64,000 bases of DNA from an uncultured Acidobacteriaceae bacterium (GCA_963776265.1 CAVZMD010000012.1:37351-101350), one strand, 5' to 3'. Shown: positions 41,905-54,202, counted from the first letter of the stretch. Translations and numbers: made by a program. The notes: generated from the sequence alone by a model not told the origin.

Positions 41905-43533
41905 TTAGTGAGCATGCTGGAGCTGCTCGATCTCATGCTGCGCGTGGGCGTTGGAGGGGTTAAGCTCGAGCGACCGCCGGTAGGCCGCGAGGGCGTGCGC
42001 GTTGTCGTGCAGCAGTTCGTAGCCCGTGCCGAGGTAGTCGAAGGTCTGCCAGGAGTTGGGGTGGGTGTCCGCGTTGACCTGAACCACGGTGACGGCGGCC
42101 TGTGTTTTGCCGGTCTGCACCAGCCGAAACGCTAGCATGTTGAGCTGCTGCTCGACGTCTCCGGCGTAGCGGTGCAAAGGATCGGCGGTGTAGGCATTGA
42201 GGGCTGCGAGCACCTGCTCATGTCCTTGTTCGGCAGCGGCAGCGATGACGTCTTCGAGGCGTGGAGGAGCGGGGGCGTAAAGCGCGTAATGGAGTGCGGC
42301 ATCCTTGCCAGTGAGAGCGTCGGCAAATGTGTCGGGCCCGATGGATATCTCCGGGAAGGTGGCCGTGCGGGTGTCCGTCGGATCCTTGTCCTGCCACCAG
42401 AGGCGCGACATCTTCACGGTGATGTGGCTGTTGGGAAGGTCGAAGGCGATGGGGTCGCCGTAGAAGTTGACGTTACTGCCAGTGGGCTCGCCGACGAAGA
42501 TGGCTTCAGTGGCGCCTTCAAGGCGGCTGGTGAAGTTCTGCGCGGCGGAGAAGGTCGTTGGGCCGATGAGGACGTAGAGATGGCCGCGGTGGTTGAAGCG
42601 TGAGCGCGCGATAGCGATCAGGAGCGGGCGCAGATTCGTGTTATCGCCGCCGCCATTGCGGCGAAGATCAACGATGAGGCGGTCGTCGTTGTGCGCGGCG
42701 ATGAACCGCTCCAGGCCATCGGCGAACTGGTCCATGGTCTGGCCGGGAGGCGGATAGACCGAGTTGAACTGCAGATAGAGCGCGTGTGCGGCGGGCACCT
42801 CAGCGAAGGCGATGTTTTCGAGCCACGGCTTGGCGAGCGGCTGATCGCCGCGTTGAGTAATAGCCGAAAGCCAGTCCTTGCGAAACGGGTGCATGTCGTG
42901 GCCGTTGAGCGAGGGCTTGAGCGTGACGGTTGAAGTGTGGCCGTTTTGACTGACGGTATAAGTGACTTCTTCGGGCGACGTCGAGAGGCCAAGGCCGTTG
43001 AGCACGAGCGGATCCGTCAGGAGCATGGAGAGCGGCCATGTCTGCGCGCGGCCGTCGTTGTGAGGATCGCAGGCGATGATGCTGCGGATGCGAGTGAGGG
43101 CTTCGTCTGTGGGGACGCTGCCGATGCGTTCGACGCGCGCGCCGAGGAGGGCCTTGTTGTCGGGCGTGGCCTCACGGATGAAGACGCCGTCCGGGTAGGA
43201 GACGAGCCAGAGGCCGATGTGTGTGAGGCCGGGGCGTGAGTCGACGTCGACGCGACTGTGGCCGTCATTGACGAGGGCACCAATGGCCATGAGGCGAACG
43301 GTGATCTGCGTGTCGGAGAGCGTGGGTAGGTCGCGATCGAGCGCGGCGAAGGCCTGGTCGAGTTGCTGCGGCGTGACGGAATGGTAGACGTTCTTGTGGT
43401 CCGCCACCATCGTGCGGTGCATGAATTGCATGTCCTCGCGCCATTGGGCGTCAGTGAGATGCCGGCCGGGAGTTTGAGCAAGGAGCGAAGACGCGAGGAG
43501 ACAGAACCCGAGAGCGACAGCACGAGAACCCAT
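41905..43533 (-). CDS. Secreted S41-family peptidase with C-terminal TPR
   Basis: NDGHS, IVDLRRNGGG, TFSAAQNF, GEPTG; C-terminal AYRRSLELNPSN. Confidence 0.85.
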   Translation of the reverse strand: MGSRAVALGFCLLASSLLAQTPGRHLTDAQWREDMQFMHRTMVADHKNVYHSVTPQQLDQAFAALDRDLPTLSDTQITVRLMAIGALVNDGHSRVDVDSRPGLTHIGLWLVSYPDGVFIREATPDNKALLGARVERIGSVPTDEALTRIRSIIACDPHNDGRAQTWPLSMLLTDPLVLNGLGLSTSPEEVTYTVSQNGHTSTVTLKPSLNGHDMHPFRKDWLSAITQRGDQPLAKPWLENIAFAEVPAAHALYLQFNSVYPPPGQTMDQFADGLERFIAAHNDDRLIVDLRRNGGGDNTNLRPLLIAIARSRFNHRGHLYVLIGPTTFSAAQNFTSRLEGATEAIFVGEPTGSNVNFYGDPIAFDLPNSHITVKMSRLWWQDKDPTDTRTATFPEISIGPDTFADALTGKDAALHYALYAPAPPRLEDVIAAAAEQGHEQVLAALNAYTADPLHRYAGDVEQQLNMLAFRLVQTGKTQAAVTVVQVNADTHPNSWQTFDYLGTGYELLHDNAHALAAYRRSLELNPSNAHAQHEIEQLQHAH

Positions 43534-43622
43534 TCAAGGCGATACGCGCTGGCGCTGAGGAAGTTCCGCAAAGGCAACTGGAAGCGTTCCATATACTGAC
43601 GCCACAGGAGACGACAGGCCGC

Positions 43623-44498
43623 GTGAATCGCAGAGAATTTCTTGGATCCGCACTTGCGGCTGCCTGGGTGCCCACTGGGTTTCCGTATACCCTCGTTGAC
43701 TCGCACGTACACGTCTGGAAAGCCGACCCTCGATTTCCCTTCGCTGCAGGAGCGGTGGTGCCGCCCAATCTTGATGCGTCGGCGTCCTCGCTGATCGAAA
43801 AGATGCGGTTGAATGGCGTCTCTCGAACAGTGCTCATCCAGGTCATTCATTACAAGTGGGACAACAGCTACCTGGTCTCTGTACTGCGTGAGTACCCGGG
43901 AAAGTTCGCTGGGGTTTGCCGGGTGGACCCGCAGAATCCGGCAGCGCCCGACCATCTGTCCTATTGGACCGAGCAGGGTTGTCGCGGCGTTCGCTTAAGC
44001 CCGGCCGGGGATGCACGTGGGGACTGGATTCGAGGCCCGCAAATGCCGGCTCTGTGGAAGCGTTGCGAGGACCTGAAGGTCCCGATGACATTGCTTCTGC
44101 CTGTCTCACGACTGCCCGATATCGTGCCACTCCTGGACAAATTTCCCGGCCTCACGACAGTTATCGATCACATGGCTGACTGCCCAGTCGACGACTCGCA
44201 GGGGTTTCACCTCTTGCGATCGCTTGCCCGCTATCCCAGGCTCTACGTTAAGGTGTCGCATCCCTGGTCGCTCTCAAAACTGCCCTATCCTTATCCCGAT
44301 GTGGCGGTGATGATCGCCCGTCTGCGTGATGCCTTCGGTGCGGAGCGGCTTATGTGGGGAACGGATTGGCCGATCAAACCGGAACTGCTGAGCTATGAGC
44401 GACGGATTGCTCTCTATCGTGACGGCTTACCGTTCCTCTCGAAGACTGAGCACCGGGAACTGCTTGCGGGAACGGCAACTCGTGTCTGGCCTTCGTAG
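43623..44498 (+). CDS. Amidohydrolase_2 family (lactonase-like), possible Tat signal
   Basis: NRREFL; DSHVHVW; VIDH; YVKVS; FGAERLMWGTDWP. Confidence 0.88.
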   Translation: MNRREFLGSALAAAWVPTGFPYTLVDSHVHVWKADPRFPFAAGAVVPPNLDASASSLIEKMRLNGVSRTVLIQVIHYKWDNSYLVSVLREYPGKFAGVCRVDPQNPAAPDHLSYWTEQGCRGVRLSPAGDARGDWIRGPQMPALWKRCEDLKVPMTLLLPVSRLPDIVPLLDKFPGLTTVIDHMADCPVDDSQGFHLLRSLARYPRLYVKVSHPWSLSKLPYPYPDVAVMIARLRDAFGAERLMWGTDWPIKPELLSYERRIALYRDGLPFLSKTEHRELLAGTATRVWPS

Positions 44499-44546
44499 CG
44501 AGTTGTCACGAAATGCTTCGTGAGAGTTCAGGCGGAGAGAAGCCAG

Positions 44547-45200
44547 TCAGGGCTTTTCAAAGACGAGGAAGTAGTCGTTCTGGTCGCCCTTGGTGAAGTC
44601 GTACTGCTTGACGAACCGGAAGCCCGAGCGCTGGACCTCGGCAATGACGACATCGGCGTTGATGCCGTGGTCCGAGCCGTTGCCAGGATGGTCGATGACG
44701 CCGAAGAGGCCGCCGGACTTCATCGAGCTGCGAAGGTTAGCGAGGAGCGTGGGCGGGTGCGCGACCTCGTGGTAGACGCGGAGCATGAGGGCGGCGTCGA
44801 GAGAGTCAGCCGGAAGCCTGGGGTCGTCTGGCGCGCCGAGGACAGCGGCGATGTTGGGCAGGTTCTCCTTGGCGGCGCGGTCGTGGATGGCGTCCACGGC
44901 GTGCGGGTTGATGTCCTCGGCGAAGACCGTGCCGCCGGGGCTTACGCGCCGGGCCGCGCGGACGGAGAACCACCCGCCGCCAGCGCCGATGTCGGCGACC
45001 TTGGAGCCGGGGTGCAGCTTGAGGGTGTCCATGACGCGGTCGATCTGGAGCTTCTGGTCGCGACCCGCCTCTTCGAAGACGGAGAGGTCGCCGGTGTAAG
45101 GGGCGCTGGTGGGATGGGCCGGCGGCGGGGCTGCCGGGGTCTGGGCGGCGAGCTGGAGCGTAAGGGCGAGCAGGGCGGCAACGAGGCAGAGACGGCGCAT
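44547..45200 (-). CDS. Class I SAM-dependent methyltransferase with signal peptide
   Basis: VADIGAGGGWF, EDIN, VYHEV; N-terminal signal. Confidence 0.88.
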   Translation of the reverse strand: MRRLCLVAALLALTLQLAAQTPAAPPPAHPTSAPYTGDLSVFEEAGRDQKLQIDRVMDTLKLHPGSKVADIGAGGGWFSVRAARRVSPGGTVFAEDINPHAVDAIHDRAAKENLPNIAAVLGAPDDPRLPADSLDAALMLRVYHEVAHPPTLLANLRSSMKSGGLFGVIDHPGNGSDHGINADVVIAEVQRSGFRFVKQYDFTKGDQNDYFLVFEKP

Positions 45201-45371
45201 AAGGTCATTAGATACCTGGCGGCGGCGGTTGCGAATAGCCAAGTTGCTGAGTCTGAAGGGTAGGCTCAGGCTTCCAGTTCAGTTGGCGTGTGACGAATCG
45301 CCAATTTTTTGGGGTGCATGGAAGATTTTGCATCCTGGTGCGGGCGGCTTTGCGTATAGGCAGGTGTAGGC

Positions 45372-45890
45372 ATGCGGACCGAGGCAACGGAGTTCCGGGG
45401 CGTTGTAGAGCGGCATCAGCGGATGGTGTTCTCGCTCGCCCTCAGGGTTACGGGCGAGTACGGCACAGCCGAGGAGGTCGCGCAGGACGTGTTTCTGGAG
45501 CTGTTCCGGTCCGCGGAGAGATTGTCGAGCGACGACCATGTGCGGTTCTGGCTCCGCAAGGTGACGGTGCACCGGGCGACCGACGCGCTACGGCGCCAGG
45601 CGCACCGTCCGGAGACGCACGCCGACGAGTGGATGGACGATGCGCCGGGAGACAGCGACGGCGCGTCGGGGCTGAGTACGGTGCTCGAAGCACGGCTGGA
45701 GGATCTGCTGGGGTCGCTGCCGGAGCAGATGAGGATTGCCGTAGTGCTGCGGTATCAGGAGGAAATGTTGCCGGACGACATTGCCAGGATGCTGGGGCAG
45801 CCAGTTGCGACAGTAAAGAGCAACCTGCAACGCGGTCTGAAGCTGCTTCGGCGCAAGGCTGAGATCACGATGAAGGAGTATGTGCGATGA
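45372..45890 (+). CDS. ECF RNA polymerase sigma factor
   Basis: AEEVAQDVF, WLRKVT, LRYQEE..DIARMLGQPVATVKSNLQRG. Confidence 0.93.
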   Translation: MRTEATEFRGVVERHQRMVFSLALRVTGEYGTAEEVAQDVFLELFRSAERLSSDDHVRFWLRKVTVHRATDALRRQAHRPETHADEWMDDAPGDSDGASGLSTVLEARLEDLLGSLPEQMRIAVVLRYQEEMLPDDIARMLGQPVATVKSNLQRGLKLLRRKAEITMKEYVR

Positions 45891-46344
45891 ACGGGCCAGA
45901 AGAGAGAGATCAGAGATCAGAGATGCAGAGATCGAGTGGATGATCCGCGGATGACGGAGTTCGAGCAGGCGCTTGAGCCGCGCGATGCAGAGAGTTGAAG
46001 TGCGGGCGGAGACAACCGCCAAGTTCCTGGCGCTGGCCGAGGAGGCAGAGCGGAAGCGTGTGCACGCTGGTGGCGGCTTCCGGCTCATCAAGTTCTCAAA
46101 CGGCGGTCGCGTGTTTGCGATGCCGCGGATTCCGCAAGCCCGGGCATGGATGGGCGGAGCGATCGCCGCGGTGCTGGCGATGGGAGTCTTTGCCGGCGCG
46201 CACATTCACGAGCAGCATGAACAGCACGAGCGGCAGATGATGGCGCAGCAGCAGTTTGAGACCGCGGAACGAATTACGGATGAGGCACTGGCGCGCACGA
46301 GAGAACAGCTCGAGCGCCAGGGGATCAACCTCGATCAGCAGTGA
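45887..46344 (+). CDS. Putative single-TM anti-sigma factor (frameshifts ~45925 and ~45975)
   Basis: ATGA overlap with sigma; FEQAL..AMQR N-terminus, TM AIAAVLAMGVFAG. Confidence 0.65.
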
Positions 46345-46407
46345 CATGAACAGCAGTGATTTGATTTTTTTGCGCAGAGCGCAGGACAAGAAAGGCAGGA
46401 GGGCGAG

Positions 46408-47391
46408 ATGAAGAAGATGATTCGGAACGAAATCGGTGCGTGGCTGCGCGGGCTGGTGTGGACGGCGATGATCGCAGGCTGTGCGTGGGCGAGCGCGCAG
46501 AGTTACCTGGTGACGCCGCCGGCGGGGGGACACTATCACACGGTGGCGATGGGCACGGGTGAAGGTGTCGGGCTCGGCGAAGGCATAGGGGCGGCGGGTG
46601 CGCAGAACGCCGAGCCGATTCCAAAGGACGATCTGTTTGCCGGCACCGAGGTATTCGCGAAGAACGCGACGCACGTCACCGAGATCACGATGGATCCGGA
46701 CACGCTGAATATGGTGGGCGGGCCGGATGAGCACAAGGCGCGCAGCATGGTGCTGAACGTGGTCCGGTCCTACAGCTATGACAAGCCGGGGATGTACAAC
46801 GTGGCGGACGTGGATGCGTTTCGCAACAAGCTGAACACCGGCGACTGGCATTGCTCGATTCACACGCGCGACCTGAAGACCGGCGACGGCTCGGACGTGT
46901 GTGGCAAGCGGCGCACGGATGGACTGAAAGAGCAGGTGATCATTGAGGTCTCTCCGACGCACCTGACGTTCATCCATACGATTCGCCGGGGGAATGGGCC
47001 GGGAACGAGCGAAGTCGGGTTCTTCCCGATGCTTCCGGGGCTGAGCGGTCTGCCCTCGATCGCAATGATGGATCCGGAGGTGTTCGCGGATATGCAGATT
47101 GGACTGGCGGATATGCAGGTTGGATTGTCCGGGATGCCGTTCATGTACGCTACGCCGGGCGCGCACGTGTTCACCTTCGATTCGAAAGATATGAAGGACT
47201 TGGACAAGCTCAAGGATCTGAAGATTAAGCCCATGGATCCGGAGCAGAAACAGCAGATGAAGCGCGAATTTAGGTACCGGATAGTGCCGGATGAGGATGC
47301 TGCTCCAGCGGCGCCGCCAGCTCCTGCGGCACCGAAGGCCGCGCCAGCACCGCAGGCCGCACCGGCGCCAGCACCGCAGGCTCCGCAGTAA
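46408..47391 (+). CDS. Secreted protein (DUF4252-like) with Pro/Ala-rich tail
   Basis: Signal peptide; VRSYSYDKPGMYNVADVDAFRNKL; third gene of the ECF operon. Confidence 0.7.
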   Translation: MKKMIRNEIGAWLRGLVWTAMIAGCAWASAQSYLVTPPAGGHYHTVAMGTGEGVGLGEGIGAAGAQNAEPIPKDDLFAGTEVFAKNATHVTEITMDPDTLNMVGGPDEHKARSMVLNVVRSYSYDKPGMYNVADVDAFRNKLNTGDWHCSIHTRDLKTGDGSDVCGKRRTDGLKEQVIIEVSPTHLTFIHTIRRGNGPGTSEVGFFPMLPGLSGLPSIAMMDPEVFADMQIGLADMQVGLSGMPFMYATPGAHVFTFDSKDMKDLDKLKDLKIKPMDPEQKQQMKREFRYRIVPDEDAAPAAPPAPAAPKAAPAPQAAPAPAPQAPQ

Positions 47392-48633
<1,242 letters not shown>

Positions 48634-48675
48634 CTTTTAATTGCAGTGCTGCTGATGTAGGCGGATACTCGTCGC

Positions 48676-49944
48676 ATGCGTTTGAGCGCGTGTTGCGGAG
48701 TGGCTCTGGCGATCGCAGGTGTGACTGCGTTGGGGCAGGTTTCGAAACCGGGCACCGGCACCGTGACGGGACACGTGATCTGCTCGGACACGCAGAAGCC
48801 GGCACGATTTGCGCAGGTGATGCTGTCTGCCGTGCCCGCGTCGGTGACGCCGATGGGGAAGCTCGACTCGACGGACCCGAAGAGCATCCAGGCTTACACC
48901 AAAACGATCAGCGAGGCGATGAGCGCGGCCAGTTTTGTATTGGGTCAGACGGGCCTTGATGGAAGCTTTGCGATGGACAATGTAACGCCGGGCGACTACT
49001 ACATGATGGCGTCGGTTGCAGGGTATGTGCAGCCGGAGAATTTGCTGCAGGCTGCCTACGACGCAGGCGAGGATGTCACGAAGGGCGTCGCTGGTGTGCC
49101 GATCGTGCACGTGTCAGCAGACCGGGCGATCAATGCAGAGATCACCGTAACAAGAGGAGCGGCGATTGAGGGGACTGTCCTGTGGGATGACGGCGGCCCG
49201 GTGAGTGCAGCGGTGGTGAGCCTTGAGCCAAAGACGGGCGAGGAGAAGCAGCTTCCGGCGCAATTCATGATGGTGCGGATGAACGGTGCGAGCGTCGGAA
49301 CGACGGACGACCGCGGGCACTACCGGATCTCCGGGTTGGCACCCGGAGAGTACACGGTCAGGGCGATGCTGCAGACTAATCGCCAAATGACGATGCAGCG
49401 AGGGCGTTTCAACCAGAACAGGTACTTTGGAACGATGCCGCTGATGGTGTATGCACCGGGAGGGTTTCGCAAGATCGACGCCAAGCCGGTGACGCTAACC
49501 GCAGGGGAAGAGCGCACGGATGAAGACATCACGTTCAACCTGAGCGCAACACATGCCGTGAGCGGGAGGGTGATGTCGGCGGAAGACCATCACGGCTTGA
49601 ACCGCGGCGTAGTGGTCCTGGTCGATACGAGTGAGAAGACATTCCGGCGCAGCGCCGGGGTGGATGACGACGGGAATTTCAGCGTGAACTTTGTTCCGTC
49701 CGGCACATACACCATGACGATCGGCAGCGCTGCCGATACAGTACCCGAGGAGCGGAAGCCAGGTGAGACGCTCGCCGTCACTGGAGACCGAACCGTGCGC
49801 AGCTACGATGGGACAGAGCGGCAGGTGATTGTGGCGGATGACGACCTGACCGGACTGAACTTCGAGCTCAAACCCGAAAAGCCGGGGAATACCGGCGATG
49901 CGGGCGGAGGACAGGCTCACGCGGTGGTGGAAACGGGGCATTGA
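48676..49944 (+). CDS. Secreted carboxypeptidase-regulatory-like (beta-sandwich repeat) protein
   Basis: GHVICSDTQKPARFA; TDDRGHYRISGLAPGEY; three repeated domains. Confidence 0.8.
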   Translation: MRLSACCGVALAIAGVTALGQVSKPGTGTVTGHVICSDTQKPARFAQVMLSAVPASVTPMGKLDSTDPKSIQAYTKTISEAMSAASFVLGQTGLDGSFAMDNVTPGDYYMMASVAGYVQPENLLQAAYDAGEDVTKGVAGVPIVHVSADRAINAEITVTRGAAIEGTVLWDDGGPVSAAVVSLEPKTGEEKQLPAQFMMVRMNGASVGTTDDRGHYRISGLAPGEYTVRAMLQTNRQMTMQRGRFNQNRYFGTMPLMVYAPGGFRKIDAKPVTLTAGEERTDEDITFNLSATHAVSGRVMSAEDHHGLNRGVVVLVDTSEKTFRRSAGVDDDGNFSVNFVPSGTYTMTIGSAADTVPEERKPGETLAVTGDRTVRSYDGTERQVIVADDDLTGLNFELKPEKPGNTGDAGGGQAHAVVETGH

Positions 49945-50000
49945 CGCAGCCGATGTTGCGGGTGGAACGTCTTTCACGAGGGAGATGTGTTGGAATCTGC

Positions 50001-51261
50001 ATGGAGCGTTCTGGCATGACGATGGCTGGACGAATGGCGGTGGTGGTGCTGGCAGGCACGCTGGCGTGTGGCTCGGCGCGGGCGCAGGATGACGCTGGTC
50101 CGCGGATTCAGGCGGGTAACACGGTGCAGTTCGGTATGCCGCAGGTTAATCAGCAGCGCGTGATGGCGACGGTGTCGGGTCGCGTGACGTGCTCGGACAC
50201 GCAGCGGGCGGCGCGGTTTGCGACGGTGACGCTGATTGGGACCGAACCGACGACGGAAAACCAGGGCCGGGGAATGCGGCAACGGGGTTGGCTTCGGGTT
50301 TGGGCGGCGGGTGACCGCGCGCACGGACATGGATGGGAACTACACGGTGCAGGCGGAGCCGGGCGACTACTACGTGACGGCGTCCGCGATTGGGTATGCC
50401 TCGCCGGTCGCAGAGGCCGCAGCAAGATTGCGCTCGGGAGCAGGTGCGGCGGATCTGCTGGCGACGTTACCGCAGGTGCACGTGGCGGAGGCGGGCGGGG
50501 GGACGGCCAATATCACGCTGGACCGCGGCGGGGTGATCCAGGGCAAGCTGCAGTGGGACGACGGGACGGCGGCGGCGGGCGTGAATGTGAGTGTGCAGTC
50601 GACGAACTCGGCGGCAGGTGCGCCGACGGATCTGACGAGAGTGGTGTCCCAGCTGGGCGGCGGCTTTGGGGGCGGTTTCGGCGGGTTCCAGATGAGCGAT
50701 GACCGCGGGATGTTTCGGATTACGGGGCTCGCGCCGGGAAGCTACTGGGTGCGGGCGACGATGATGACGCCGGCGGCGGATCCGGGTGCAGGCGGACCTC
50801 AACGGATGTCATCGGTTGTAATGTATGCGCCTGGAAAGGTGAGACGCTCGGACGCGGAGACGGTGACGCTGAAGTCAGGTGAAGAGCGCGATGATCTTCA
50901 GTTTGTGCTGGATCTTTCCGCGCTGCATAACGTGTCAGGACATGTGGGCGCGACCGACCAGGGAAATATTGCTGCGGGAATGGTGAGACTGACGGACACC
51001 CAGGATTCGAGTTTGACGCGGATGGGGATGATTCAGCCGGATGGGAGCTTCGTGGTGCAGTGGGTGCCGGCAGGAACGTACACGCTGGCGGTGTCGAATG
51101 CGAGCAATATGCCTTCGCCGGGGTTTGGGAGGCGAGGGCAGAACACCAGCACCGGCGGGACGAGCTACGCGCCGTTCCAGGAGAGCCTGACGGTCACGGA
51201 CACGGATGTGAGCGGCGTGGGGGTGACGCTGACGCCGGCGACGGGAGCGTCATCGCAATAG
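50001..51261 (+). CDS. Paralogous carboxypeptidase-regulatory-like protein (frameshift ~50280)
   Basis: GRVTCSDTQRAARFA; SDDRGMFRITGLAPGSY. Confidence 0.8.
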
Positions 51262-51264
51262 GTG

Positions 51265-51351
51265 CCCCCCTCCCTGGGTGTTTTTGCGCAAAGTCTTCAT
51301 AAAATTAGACTTAGGGGTGGACTTATGTTGCAAAGTCTTGAAAACAAAGGG
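51265..51351 (+). repeat. Dispersed 59-bp repeat, copy 2, with extra GCAAAGTCTT unit
   Basis: Aligns to 736-794. Confidence 0.8.
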
Positions 51352-51413
51352 CGATATTCCCGCCACGGGATGCGCTTTGTTTGTTCTGTTCCGAGTGGGG
51401 TTGGAGATTGGGA

Positions 51414-52805
51414 TTAAGCCGCAGAAACTAAAGGCTTTGTGGTGCGGCGCCAGACGGCGAGAAGGACGATGGCGGCTCCGGTGAGGGCGATGAGGAGGCC
51501 GAGCCAGAGGCCGGCGGCTCCCAGATGGGCTCGGAAGCAGAGCAGGATGCCGAGCGGCATTCCGATGATCCAGTAGCAGACCAGGTGGGTGAAGAACGGG
51601 GCGAGGGTGTTGCCGGCTCCGCGGAGAGCGCCGGTGACGGTGATCTGGATGCCGTCGAAGAACTGGAAGCCGGCGGCGACGAGGAGCAGAGGGACGGCGG
51701 CGGCGATGACGCCGCGGTCGGGCGTGAAGATGCGGGCGAGAGCGCCGGGCAGAGTGAGAAAGACCGTCGCGGCGAAGAGCATGAAGGCGGCGCCGGCGAG
51801 GATGCCGCTCCAACCGGCGGCGTTGGCGGCTTGCGGAGGGGCGTGGCCTGAGCGGATGCGGCCGAGGGCGTGGCCGACGCGTACGGCGGTGGCGGAGGAG
51901 ATCGCGTAGGGAACCATGAAGGTGGTACTGGCGCACTGCAGGGCGACCTCGTGACCGGCGAGCGGGAGCGGGCCGAGGGTGGCGATGAGAGCGGTGACGG
52001 CGGCGAAGACGGCGATCTCGACGAAGATCTGCGCGCCGGCGGGAGCGCCGAGGCGGAAGAGTTGGCGGAGGTGCTGGAGCTCGATGCGGCGGGAGGTCTT
52101 GAGGAGACCGTAGTTGTGGCGGCGGTCGGCTTGCAGGATGGCGATGAGCAGCACGGCCATCAAGTAGAGCCGCGCGAAGCTGGTGGACCAGGCGGAGCCG
52201 ACGACTCCGTAGGCGGGGATGTTCAGCGTGTGCGAGCCGAAGCTCCAGTGGTGGCCGTAGATGAGGAGCAGGTCGCCGAGGAAGTTGACGAGGTTGGCGG
52301 AGATGAGCGCGAAGGCGATGGGCTTGGCGAGGTGCGCGGCCTGCAGGTAGCGGCGGAGGGTGAAGTAGAGGAGCAGCGGGACGACGCCCCAGTTGAGGCC
52401 GTAGAGCGCGGGGATGGCCTGCCCGAGGACGGTGCGGTCGACGGGCATGCGGTTGAGGATGACGGGGCCGAAGGCGAAGATGGCGATGAGGAGCACGCCG
52501 AGGGCGAGGGCGAGGACGAGACCGTGGAGGAGCCAGCGGTTGGCGGAGTGGATTTCTTTGGCGCCGAAGGCCTGGGAGATGAGGGTGTCGAGGCCGAGGA
52601 GGACGCCGCCGATGCCGAAGGTGAAGGTGTTGAAGATGACCTGGGCGAGCGCGGCGGCGGCCATGGGGACGGCGGAGTGCGGGAGGCGGCCGACCATGCT
52701 GGTGTCGACGACGGACATGGACATCCAGCCGAGCTCGCCGGCGATGAGGGGCGCGGCGAGGCGGAGGAGCGGAGGGAGCTCCGGGCGGATGTCGGCTAGG
52801 CGCAT
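51414..52805 (-). CDS. MATE family efflux transporter (NorM-like)
   Basis: VVDTSMVGRL, LDTLISQAFGA, FQFFDGIQ..GALRGAG; 12 TM. Confidence 0.94.
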   Translation of the reverse strand: MRLADIRPELPPLLRLAAPLIAGELGWMSMSVVDTSMVGRLPHSAVPMAAAALAQVIFNTFTFGIGGVLLGLDTLISQAFGAKEIHSANRWLLHGLVLALALGVLLIAIFAFGPVILNRMPVDRTVLGQAIPALYGLNWGVVPLLLYFTLRRYLQAAHLAKPIAFALISANLVNFLGDLLLIYGHHWSFGSHTLNIPAYGVVGSAWSTSFARLYLMAVLLIAILQADRRHNYGLLKTSRRIELQHLRQLFRLGAPAGAQIFVEIAVFAAVTALIATLGPLPLAGHEVALQCASTTFMVPYAISSATAVRVGHALGRIRSGHAPPQAANAAGWSGILAGAAFMLFAATVFLTLPGALARIFTPDRGVIAAAVPLLLVAAGFQFFDGIQITVTGALRGAGNTLAPFFTHLVCYWIIGMPLGILLCFRAHLGAAGLWLGLLIALTGAAIVLLAVWRRTTKPLVSAA

Positions 52806-53016
52806 TCGGACAGGTTAGCGGATGCGTGCAGCACCGCCCACAAGCCGACTTCCCGAGATGTGTCTAAATCTTAATTCTCACTGCCTGTCCGACGCGCAGG
52901 CACCCCTGACTCCCGGTAGCAAAACACGGGGAGTCGCTTAGCCCGCACCGCATAATTCTCTTCGGTTTGTTACCGGCCTGATAGCAGGATACCTTGCAGC
53001 GCTTTATCTTTGGCCC

Positions 53017-54078
53017 ATGCCTAAATCTTGGGATGAGTCTGACTTCATCCAACTTGCGCGGTTGCATTTCGGCAACGGTTTCCCGTCCGGGTCAATGTTG
53101 CCCCAAATTGAGGCCTTCACAAAGGAGGCCTTTGAGCACTACGAAGACGCCACCGTCGAGGGCAAAGCTTACTTCGACAATTGGTTAGCGAAGTTCTACG
53201 AGTTTCTATCCGCCAAATTGCAAGAGGCTCCGGATGGAGCAGGCACAAGGAAGATGAAGCGCATGGTTGCGCTTGGTAGAAAGAAGCATTTCGACGCGAA
53301 GAAGTTTATCGACTATTTCCCAACAATTCTGCACGAGGAAGATACGTTGGTGGATGAGGCCGTCCTCGTTCTCGGTAGGACTCTCCAATGTCTTTTCGAC
53401 ATCCTGCACGACGCCACGCAGGATTCTCAGGAAGGACCGGCGAAGATAGCAATACTGGGCCTTTCGTACTGGCTGTTTGACGAGCTCACTGTTGCGCAGT
53501 ATCTCGCACGCCGCAACTACTCAACGCTCGCATACACCCATCTCCGCAGCGTTATGGAGATTTTGGACAAAATTGAATTGTTCACGGAGAAGCCCGAAAC
53601 CGCCGAACTTTGGGCATCGGGAACGAGCGTGAAATATGGAAGAAGCTATCACCACCTCGCGTGAGGGAGTTGTTGGGCAGGGATAGCCTCGACCCCGTTT
53701 ACAAATACTTCTCGGAGGAGGGGTCACACTCGACATTTACGAGCCATGAGACCGCGACTGCGTAGGCGGTCCGACGTCACTGGAGGAACTCCCAAGATCG
53801 CAATCATGATTGGAGGAATGAAGGACCCGGCGCGTCAGATGAGCATTCTGATCTATTGCATCCAGCTCGCGGGGCAGGCGATTGTCAAGACGGAGCGAGC
53901 ATTCTCTGATCGGCTCCATGATGTAGACATCACGAACATGGTCACTCAACTAACGGCCGATACAAACGCGTTCTATGGACGCTTCTTCGACTTATTCAAC
54001 CGGTCCTCGGTCGACATCGAGCCGCTCAACATCCAAATCGCAGTGTTGCAGCGAATGCGTGATCGCGGTGAGATTTGA
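53017..54078 (+). CDS. Helical hypothetical protein, DUF5677-like (frameshifts ~53622 and ~53742)
   Basis: LRSVME and, in the next frame, VYKYFSEEGSH; lower GC than flanks. Confidence 0.55.
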
Positions 54079-54202
54079 CCAAGCGCGATGGGCTCGCAGT
54101 GTGGGCTTTTGGCGGGTGGGTTCGTGGAATGCAATTCAGGCGCTTCGTCCTGCGGACTTCGCTTGGCCTTCGGCAGAGCGGAAGCGCGTGGGCGCGGGTT
54201 AC

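Noticed and set aside
52860-52950. ncRNA from two hairpins upstream of the DUF5677-like gene
   Set aside because: Short stems with no recognisable consensus; cannot be supported without a covariance search.
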